64,000 nucleotides of DNA from an uncultured delta proteobacterium (GTDB lineage Bacteria; Desulfobacterota; Desulfobacteria; Desulfobacterales; JAFDCJ01). Position 1 is the stretch's first letter. Every line of letters starts with the position of its first letter. Shown one piece after another: positions 44,575-53,505 of the stretch. The notes beneath the pieces were generated by a model. It was not told the DNA's origin, did not search any database, and worked only from the letters and a program-made list of their open reading frames with translations. Made by a program: the position numbers and the translations under genes. Where the stretch lies: NCBI GenBank assembly GCA_963769935.1, contig CAVYNY010000022.1:128001-192000 (forward strand), given 5' to 3'.

Positions 44575-44716
44575 GTAAACAAAATGGGATTTAAAATGGA
44601 CATTTACATCTGATTTATATTAGAATTAAAATTCACATAAGAAGTAAAATTTATAGAGAAAATATGAACATACATCGTAATATCAAAAAGATAAAAACCC
44701 ATCCCATTTTGTTTAC
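44575..44716. repeat. AT-rich segment bounded by perfect 16-bp inverted repeats (MITE-like)
   Basis: gtaaacaaaatgggat (44575-44590) and atcccattttgtttac (44701-44716). Confidence 0.75.
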
Positions 44717-44718
44717 GA

Positions 44719-45561
44719 TCATTTAGGGTTTAAGCCATCACATATGACGCCTTCCAAGACAATCTTAGCCTGAGTTTCATTTTTCACCAACCCCAGATCC
44801 TGCAGCCGTATAATCATCGCCTGTTTGGACACATTGAAGAAGCCGCCGGCCTCTTTGATCAAACCGGCAATCTGCGGCCAGGTTTCAACACAAGGATCAA
44901 AACACAGGGGCCCGCAAAAGGCGCTTTTGACATTGTATAGGATCAACGGCTTGGCGCCGTAGCATTTATAAAAGGCATCTTTAACCGCTGTTTCCGGCAT
45001 CAGCATGCATGACGCGAAATAATCCGCCTGCCATTCGATGGGTTTTTTGGCATCCCTGATCCGGCAGAAAATAAAGCCACCGATATGATCCTGTAAAGCG
45101 TTCGGCGAAATTGCGCCGCAGCCATCCGCCTTTGAGTTCTGCCCGAGGTCTGACTCGAAATCGTTAAGGTCTGCTGATTCTAATCTATTGCGGCGATGGC
45201 GAATGAAGCCGCCACCGGTTCGGCAGGCCTGGTCGACCAACTTCCGGTGCAAAACCCAGTGGCCGGTCTCGTGGGCAAAGGTGAAACTCAGCCGGCCTTC
45301 ATTTTGATTTTCCGCCAGACTTTGATCGACACAGATCACGCCTTCCCTGACGTAAGTGGCGCCGAGGACATCATCCAATTTCAGCTTTTTTCTAAGATCG
45401 ATGAATCCCAGCCTCAGGCTCAGGCCGCGTTCGATGATTTTTTCAACCGGGATCGGCGGCTGAACACGACGTTTTATTTTTGCTTCATAGTCGGTAAGCA
45501 CACCGGCAGCCGCAGCCGCAATTGATTTTTTAGTCAGCCAGGGAACTTTTAATTGTTGCAT
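44719..45561 (-). CDS. ImmA/IrrE family metallopeptidase
   Basis: PPIPVE, RLSFTFAHETGHWVLH (HExxH), EWQADYFASCMLMP, FNVSKQAMIIRL. Confidence 0.92.
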   Translation of the reverse strand: MQQLKVPWLTKKSIAAAAAGVLTDYEAKIKRRVQPPIPVEKIIERGLSLRLGFIDLRKKLKLDDVLGATYVREGVICVDQSLAENQNEGRLSFTFAHETGHWVLHRKLVDQACRTGGGFIRHRRNRLESADLNDFESDLGQNSKADGCGAISPNALQDHIGGFIFCRIRDAKKPIEWQADYFASCMLMPETAVKDAFYKCYGAKPLILYNVKSAFCGPLCFDPCVETWPQIAGLIKEAGGFFNVSKQAMIIRLQDLGLVKNETQAKIVLEGVICDGLNPK

Positions 45562-45832
45562 GATTTCAGCTCACTTCAAAATATGAAATATAAGATGAAA
45601 AAGTGCACAGCAATAAGTAATTAATCCGCCGGGCCTTGGAATTAGCAATTCTCTTCGGTTTTTAAGGATCAAATTACAACCCTGAATGGGTTATTTTTCA
45701 GGGCGGATTAGTGATTACGGAATGCAGATTGTGAATTATAACAAAATGGGAAATCCGTGAAGATCTGTGAAAATCTGCCTGCCTTGTGAAATTTATATCT
45801 CATTTCACCGGGGTGTCCCATATTAAATAAAG

Positions 45833-46189
45833 TTACTCCTTTTTACCCAATTTTGCAGCTTCCGCCAATTTGGTGAGTGTATCCCAGTCGTCACTGTCGA
45901 ATTTTTTTTCCCGGGCCATTCTTAAAAAGTCGGCTATTTCCGGTTCACGGGCAACGTAGCGGGAAATTTCCGGATCCATTTTTTGAGCTGAGTTTAAAAG
46001 TTCCTTTTTGTCTACATACAACGCCGCCGCAATCTTTAAAAGAACGTCTTCTGAGGGGGGCGGAACATGGTCATGTTCCACATCACTTAAATATCCGGGA
46101 GATTTGTTGATGAGACGGGCCAGTTCCCTGAGCCCGACGTCAGCATGTATTCTGAGATCGCGTAATTTTTTACCAAAGGTGTCGGTCAT
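45833..46189 (-). CDS. XRE-family HTH transcriptional regulator
   Basis: FGKKLRDLR...LRELARLINKSPGYLSDVEH...PPS. Confidence 0.92.
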   Translation of the reverse strand: MTDTFGKKLRDLRIHADVGLRELARLINKSPGYLSDVEHDHVPPPSEDVLLKIAAALYVDKKELLNSAQKMDPEISRYVAREPEIADFLRMAREKKFDSDDWDTLTKLAEAAKLGKKE

Positions 46190-46299
46190 AAATTGTTCAA
46201 GTAAGGCATTTGCGTTCTATCCTATCGAACATTAATATTTTGTCAAGAGGAAAATTCTTTGTTGAATTTTTTTTTAATGTTGCTTATCTTGTGCTCCGA

Positions 46300-46775
46300 A
46301 TGGTTTCAAAGTACAGGGTTCAGAGGTTTGGGGCTGCGCGCTGCGCGCTTCCGACTTCGCTCTTCGAGCTACGACGGGACAAGACGACCCCAGAGGCAGG
46401 GTTCAGAGGACAGACGACAGCTGTCAGGGGTCAGAAGATAAATTACAGAGGACGGACAATCGAATTCGGAAATCGGACCCGCCGTCGTCCGATAAGACGG
46501 GGCTGTGGCGCGGCAAGCACGGGGAAGGCGGGAAAAAAGCCGAAGGTGGGAGAAGGAACGAATCGATTATTGATATCAGATTTCGGATTGTGAATCGGAG
46601 CAGCAAAGGGCGGAGGGCAAAGGCTATGAAAATTGTTTATCCCATCAGGTCTCACTTCTAATTCCCTTAAGTTGAACTCCGCGTCTCCGCTTCCCAGCCT
46701 CCGGACCTCCTGGCTTTCCCGCTTTTCTGCTGTGATCTATCAACCATCAACTCAACAAAAACAACAAACTCGAAA
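46300..46775. repeat. Mosaic of 7-nt-periodic repeats and small hairpin elements
   Basis: ggttcag, gacagac, ttcggat units; cttcgctcttcgagctacg motif; purine-rich left arm and pyrimidine-rich right arm. Confidence 0.6.
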
Positions 46776-46793
46776 AACGCATTTGGAGATGCC

Positions 46794-47946
46794 GTGGACA
46801 ACATCCGTACCGTACAATTAAATTTGCCGCCGGGGAGGATTGATTTCGGGGTCGGCCAGCCGAGCCCGGCGTTGCTGCCCCTGGCGCTGCTGAAAGAAGC
46901 GGCCGCGCAACGATTGAACAGCCGGGATGCTTCTTTGCTGGCGTATGGCGCCGAGGAGGGTGACGGATATTTCCGTCTGGCGCTGGCCCGGTTTCTCAGC
47001 GCGCATTATCAAGTGCCGGTCGATTTTGATAGTCTTTTTATCACCGCCGGAGCGTCCCAGGGACTGGATCTGATTTGCACGCTGCTCAGCCGGCCCGGTG
47101 ACACCATATTCGTGGAAGAGCCAAGCTATTTTCTGGCCCTGCGAATTTTTGCCGATCACGGGCTGAACATTGTCAGCCTGCCGATGGATGCACACGGTTT
47201 AATTGTCGACGCCGTCGAAGAAAAACTAACCCGGCAGACGCCCGCTTTCTTATACACAATCCCGACCTTTCACAATCCCTCCAGTGCGACCCTTGCAGCC
47301 GACCGGCGCGATCGGCTCGTGCAATTGAGCCGGCAGTATAATCTATTGATAATAGCAGATGAAGTATACCACATGCTGTCCTATTCGGATGCCCCGCCCA
47401 AGCCCCTGGCAAGCCATATTGACAACAGCTCCGTGCTTTCTCTGGGATCTTTTTCAAAAATTATGGCCCCCGGGCTGCGTCTGGGGTGGATCCAGGGGGG
47501 TGCCCAATTGCTGCAACGTTTCACGGGCTGCGGACTGCTTGACAGCGGCGGCGGGCTGAATCCCTTTACATCGGGCATCATTCGCAGCGCCGTTGAAAAC
47601 GGTCTGCTGGAAAACCAGCTGCGGAACCTGATAACCGCCTACAACCGGCGCAAAACCGCCCTGGCCGATGCCCTGAGGGATAGCCTGCCGGAGACGAGTG
47701 CATTTTGTCGAACCCGGCGGGGGCTTTTTCATCTGGCTGGAATTCCCGGAAAAAATCGACACCAATCATTTGCTGGCTGCCGCTTTTGAACAAAACGTCG
47801 GTTTTTTACCGGGCATGAAATTTTCCGCACATAAAGGACTGAAAAATTTTGCCCGGTTGAGCTTCTCATATTATGATATACCAGAGTTGGAGGAAGGCGC
47901 CCGGCGACTGGGGAAGGTTATCAAAGAGTATATAAATGATGAATGA
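46794..47946 (+). CDS. PLP-dependent class I aminotransferase (MocR-like fold, no HTH); frameshift near 47695
   Basis: GASQGLD, YTIPTFHNP, ADEVY, SFSKIMAPGLRLGW; C-terminus (PGGGFFIW...RLSFS) in the next frame. Confidence 0.85.
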
Positions 47947-47951
47947 AGAAT

Positions 47952-48012
47952 GATGCTGGATACTGGATGCTGGATACTGGATGCTGGATAAACTGGGTAT
48001 GATACTGGATAG
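47952..48012. repeat. Heptamer tandem repeat (gatgctg/gatactg)
   Basis: gatgctggatactggatgctggatactggatgctggata. Confidence 0.85.
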
Positions 48013-48152
48013 GTGAAAGGTTAATGGTAAAAGGTCAAAGGCGCAGGAGGCACACTTCAGTCTTTTAAAATAGACTTGTCATCCCGCTCCATCGGGAGCG
48101 CAAGGCTCACGGCGGTGGATATAGATCCTATTTGGATTTGGAGATACACCCT

Positions 48153-51108
48153 ATGGTTAGAAAATCCAGCTCTTTTAACAGCGATAGAATTCAAGTGTCC
48201 GATATCGACATAAAATGGGATACGAAGCAGGGGGTGTGCACTTTTGAAGACCTGCCGGTCGCCATGATGTGGATCGATTCAACGCTTGCAGGTTTCATGT
48301 CAGGTGTTCAGGCAATGGTCGGCACCGAGCGTTTCGGCCTGGCCCTTCAGAGTGAAGGGCGAAAAAGTGTCGAGGCTGATTGGCAAATTATCACCCGATT
48401 CGCAGATTTCGCCGCAGGTTTCAGGGCCATTGCCAATATCGCCGCGGTCGCGGGCTGGGGCGACTGGGAATTGATATTACTTGATGAGAAACAAAAGCGA
48501 TGTCAAATCAGGGTCCGGAACAGCTGGGAAGGTCTTTATCAGAAAGCTCTGGGAGTTTGCTGGGGCAGCGGCATGTTGGCGGGTAAAATGGCCGGTTACT
48601 GTACAAAACATTTTGGCACCAACTGCTGGGCTGAGCAGAAAAAATTCATCGCCAATGGGGATGATTTTGATGAATTCCTAATAGTACCTTCGGAGCGCAC
48701 GGTAGAAGAGGAGATTGAAAATCTGCTGGCAACCGATGAGGCCACCCGAGCAGATATGGCGGTGGCTCTGGAAAAGCTAAAAAGGGAAATCTCGGTTCGG
48801 GAGCGGGCCGAAAAAACACTGCGGGAATCTGAAGAAAAATATCGCCGTCTCGTTGATTTATCTTTTGAAGGCATCGGGATTCACTGCGAGGGGAAAATCG
48901 TCTACATTAATAAAACCGGTGCAGAACTTATAGGTGGAGGCTCCCCTGAAGATATTATTGGCAAGCCCGTGCTGGATTTTGTTCATCCGGACTATAGAGA
49001 TTCTGTTATAAAAAGAATGCAGACATTAGAGGCTAAAGGAATTGGGGCGGCTATTGATGAAGAGAAATTTATCGGAATCGATGGACGAGAGCTTACCGTG
49101 GAGGTTGCAGGGGTTCCGATGGTTTACCAGGGAAAACCAGCTATCCAGGTGTTTTTCGTGATATAACCGATCTCAAGCGGAAAGAGAAGCGTTGAGGGAA
49201 AGTGAGGAGCGGTTTCGTACGCTGACGAAAGGACAAGTGATTGGATATGGGAAGTGGACCGAAACGGCATTTACACCTATGCCAGTCCCAAGGTGAAAGA
49301 TTTACTGGGATATGAATCAGATGAGGTTATTGGCAAGACGCCATTTGCATTTATGCCCACTGACGAAGGCAACGAGTTAGTCGACTATTTCAAAATATCA
49401 TCCGGTCCAAAAACCTTTTCAAGGCTAGAGAATACTTGCATTCACAGGGAGGGGAGACAAGTCACGCTTGAGACCAGTGGTGTCCCCATTTTGATACCGA
49501 CGGAAATCTGCTCGGATATAGAGGTGTTGATCGAGATATTACGAAACGTAAACAGGCCGAGGAGGCATTGCGGGAAAGTGAAAGAATATCGGCTCCTTAT
49601 CGAAAACATTCCCTCCGTTGCCTGGGTTACCAGTCAGGATGGCCGAACCGTTTTCATCAGTTCAAATGTGGAAAAAGTATATGGCTACACTGCTGATGAG
49701 ATCCTATCAAAAGGTAAAGAACTTTGGTTGGACAGGGTTCACCTCGATGATCGAGATCAGGTAAAAGAAGCCTTTAGAATGCTGTTTGATCAGAAAGTTC
49801 AATATAACGTAGAGTACAGGATTCAGCGAAAGGATGGACAATGGATTTGGATCCACGACAGGGCCAACATTGTTGAAGAGCAGGCGGGAGAACATTTTGC
49901 CTATCGGGGTGTTCTCGGATATCACCGAGCGCAAGCGCGCGGAGGAGGAAAAGGAGAATTTGCAGTCCCAGTTGCAGCAGGTTCAGAAAATAGAGGCGAT
50001 AGGAACGTTTGCCGGCGGCATTGCCCATGACTTCAACAACCTGTTGATGGGAATACAGGGCCGTGCTTCGCTGATGTCGGTGGAGTTGAATCCCTCCCAT
50101 CCCCACATCGAACATCTTAATGCCATTGAGGAATATATCCAGAGTGCCGCGAATTTGACCAAGCAACTGTTGGGTTTTGCCCGAGGCGGGAAATATGAAG
50201 TAAAAGCCATCGATATGAATGAATTGGTGCGAAACAGCGCGTCGATGTTCGGCCGGACAAAAAAAGAAATCAAGATCCACACCAAATTGCAGTATCATCC
50301 GACTCCCGTGGTGGAAGCCGACCGGAGGCAGATCGAGCAGGTGCTGCTGAATATGTATGTCAACGCATGGCAGGCCATGCCTGCCGGCGGGGAGCTGTAC
50401 CTGGAAACAAAGATCGTACAGTTGGATGATGAATACTGCAAGCCGCATCAGATAGAACCAGGACGGTATGTCAAGGTGTCGGTCACGGATACCGGCATCG
50501 GCATGGACGAAACCACCCGGCAGAGAGTTTTCGACCCGTTTTTCACGACCAAAGAAAAGGGCCGCGGCACCGGTTTAGGGTTGGCCTCAGCTTACGGGAT
50601 TACAAAGAACCACGGCGGCATGATTACAGTCTACAGTGAGATCGGCCGCGGAACCACATTCAACATCTATTTGCCGGTATCTGATAAGGAAGAGTATCGC
50701 GAGAGTCCCGTGGCAGGAAAGCTGATCAAGGGATCGGAGAACATTCTGCTGGTTGATGACGAAGAGATGATCATCGATGTGGGCCGATCAATGCTGGAAA
50801 AGTTGGGCTATCGTGTAGTTGTTGCCAGGGGCGGCCAGGAAGCCTTGGACGCTGTCAGCAACATGGGAGAAGAAATCGATTTAGTGATCCTTGACATGAT
50901 CATGCCCGGGATCGACGGCGGCAAGACCTTCGATCGCATCCGTGAGATTCAGTCGCTGATGCCGGTGTTACTTTCCAGCGGTTATGCCATCAGCGGCCAG
51001 GCAGATGAAATCATGCGCAGGGGATGCAACGGGTTCATTCAAAAGCCGTTCAACATCTTCGAGCTTTCCCAACTGGTTCGAAAACTTCTGGATGAGGGGA
51101 AAACCTAA
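48153..51108 (+). CDS. Hybrid sensor histidine kinase (V4R-like + PAS domains + HisKA/HATPase + REC), broken by several frameshifts
   Basis: ORF pieces 48132-49166, 49254-50030 and 49834-51108; AGGIAHDFNN, DPFFTTK, GTGLGL, LVILDMIMP. Confidence 0.85.
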
Positions 51109-51360
51109 TTTAAAAGTAATTAATCCTCCCTGAAAACAGCACATACAGGGTTGTTGATTAATTTTTGCAAATTGAAGAAAATTGTTAGATCGAAAGACCG
51201 GCGGATTAATTACTCTATGCGGCGCATTTTGTTTTACGCTGATCCACTTTTGCCTGTCTGACTGCATGCAAGCGAGTGATCTTGCGAATATTCGGGGCCG
51301 CGGCCGTCCAAACCACATTGGACGGAAGTTTAAAAATCAACCATATAAAGGCGAACAGAA

Positions 51361-52509
51361 TTAATTATGATGCTGTGTATAACAGGAGGCGATAAGCTCC
51401 TTCAGTACTTCATACACTCTGACAAGACTTTTCAAACTTACCCATTCATCTACCGCGTGAGCCCCGTGGCCGATGGGGCCGTATAAAATAGAGGGTATGC
51501 CCGCCTGCGCGGCCAGCGCCGAATCCGCCCAGAAGGATAGTCCCACCGTTGCGGAGCGGGGTGAAGCCTTTTGTAAACGCTCTAAAATCCAGGCATCATC
51601 TGCTACGCTGAGCGGCCGCCTTACAAAATTCTCCCGCGCCTTTGCCTCATGCCGGCCGGGGTGATTCTTGACGGCTTGAAGGACCCGTTCCATTTCAAGG
51701 TTGAGATCCTGTTGCGATTCTCCCGGAAGGGTGCGCCGCTCCCACAGCAGGCGTGAATGGCTGGCAATAACACTCAGCTCGGTGCCGCCTTCGATGATAC
51801 TGACGTGCAGGCTGGCATAACCCAGCAAAGGATCGGGTTCGCGCGCATTCAGATCATGCTGGATCCTGTCCAGCTCTTCCAACGCAGAACGCAACGGCAA
51901 AATGGCATCGATGCCTTCCTCGGGGCGGCTGCCATGGGCGGCTTTGCCGTTTACTTCCAATTCATACCAATTGAAACCTTTGTGCTTTACCCCGATCTCT
52001 TCCTCGGTCGGTTCCAGAAAGATCGCGCCCAAAGGACGCGGTGAGACTGCCGAAAGCCATTTGTCGACCAGCCACTCCATTCCCGCACTTTTGTCTTCTT
52101 CATCGGCCACGAAGGTCAGATATACATCCAGGGGAGGCCGATGACGGATGAAGAAACCGGCCAGCAACAGCATGACGGCAATGCTGCCCTTCATATCATA
52201 GGTGCCGCGGCCGTAGAGTCTATCCTTTTCCTGCCGCAGCGTGAAGGGATCCGTCATGCCTTCGACACCGACGGTGTCAAGATGGCTGTTGAACAAGAGG
52301 GAGTTTCTTTGATTGGTTCCCGGTATACGGGCGATCACATTGGTTCGGCCGGGGACTATGGTCTGGATGTCGGTTTCGAGGTTCAAGCGCTGCAAATAGT
52401 GGAGGACAAATTTTGCAAGCTCCTCTTCACCGGGACCGCCTGAAAGAGTTGAATTGATGGAATTTATCCGAACCAGCCGGCTTAAAAGTGAGATCAATTG
52501 TTTTTCCAA
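51361..52509 (-). CDS. M20 family (ArgE/DapE-like) deacylase
   Basis: NSHLDTV, GRGTYDMKG, ADEE, GKAAHGS, GAHAVDE. Confidence 0.9.
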   Translation of the reverse strand: MEKQLISLLSRLVRINSINSTLSGGPGEEELAKFVLHYLQRLNLETDIQTIVPGRTNVIARIPGTNQRNSLLFNSHLDTVGVEGMTDPFTLRQEKDRLYGRGTYDMKGSIAVMLLLAGFFIRHRPPLDVYLTFVADEEDKSAGMEWLVDKWLSAVSPRPLGAIFLEPTEEEIGVKHKGFNWYELEVNGKAAHGSRPEEGIDAILPLRSALEELDRIQHDLNAREPDPLLGYASLHVSIIEGGTELSVIASHSRLLWERRTLPGESQQDLNLEMERVLQAVKNHPGRHEAKARENFVRRPLSVADDAWILERLQKASPRSATVGLSFWADSALAAQAGIPSILYGPIGHGAHAVDEWVSLKSLVRVYEVLKELIASCYTQHHN

Positions 52510-52623
52510 TGGATGTCGTCTCCTGGTGCGGATGGATTTTTGAGCTTACTTTTTGCAGAAGGATATTATATAGAGATTGAGACGATGTCAATCATAGGGG
52601 TTCAGAGGACAGAATGACAGATT

Positions 52624-53010
52624 ATGCCGGTAAAGATAGATAGTTTGCAGGTGCACACCGATGCAAGGGGGGTGGTCTTTGAACCGCTGGCGGCCGAAAG
52701 GATCGCAACGCAACGCAACGCCCATGTCGTCATCAGCCGGCCCGGAGTTGTTCGCGGCAACCACTGCCACCTGCAGGGAACTGAAACAATCGCTGTGGCG
52801 GGGCCGGCTCTGGTTCGAATCAGGGAGGACGGGAAATTGCGCGACATCGAGGTTCCCGATCAAAAAGTCTATCGGTTCATCTTTCCACCCCAGGTGTCCC
52901 ATGCAATTAAAAATACCGCTGATCGGCCGAATTTTCTGGTTGCCTTTAACACCTGCGCGCATGATCCGCAACATCCGGATACGATTCCTGATATACTGAT
53001 AAAAAGTTAA
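52624..53010 (+). CDS. Cupin protein (WxcM/CapF C-terminal-like)
   Basis: HTDARG...PGVVRGNHCH...E...HAIKN. Confidence 0.75.
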   Translation: MPVKIDSLQVHTDARGVVFEPLAAERIATQRNAHVVISRPGVVRGNHCHLQGTETIAVAGPALVRIREDGKLRDIEVPDQKVYRFIFPPQVSHAIKNTADRPNFLVAFNTCAHDPQHPDTIPDILIKS

Positions 53011-53505
53011 TCTAAGGCCGGCTGCCGATTGTGGGATCCTGTCTGTATTATTGCATCCAACATCTATGTTTAAAAAAGTGAAACTGGATGACTAACCTAC
53101 AGTTCCGTTTTTGAATAAAAAGCACCAAATAACAAATGACAAACAATATCCAAATTTCAAGCTCCGATGGCCCAAACAGATTGTGCCTTACAGCCAAGTG
53201 GTACCTCCGGTTTGAACACAGGCAGCGTGATGCATATCAGAGACAGTCGAATCGACTTGATTCACGGAAAGCTAATAGTTATTTCGAAATTGTTATTTTT
53301 TTAGATTTCCATGGGGCGCCTGGTACCCACCCGGCTGCAACAGGCACGGAACTGGAGCGGATAAAAATAGAAAAGAATTATTAAGTTTAGATAATTAATA
53401 CCGATAATACAAATTGACGGAAAAAATTGATCACACAAGCGTCGAAAAATGAGAGGCACCGAAAGCCGGTCAGGTAATTTTTTTTAAGGAGACCCATCGG
53501 ATAGC

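Noticed and set aside
47690..49920. Programmed frameshifting or true pseudogenes in the aminotransferase and sensor kinase
   Set aside because: Clustered single-base indels in otherwise intact-looking domains fit sequencing error better; needs read data
51361..52509. Naming this gene argE
   Set aside because: M20 family membership is clear but substrate is not, and it is not in an operon with the arg genes
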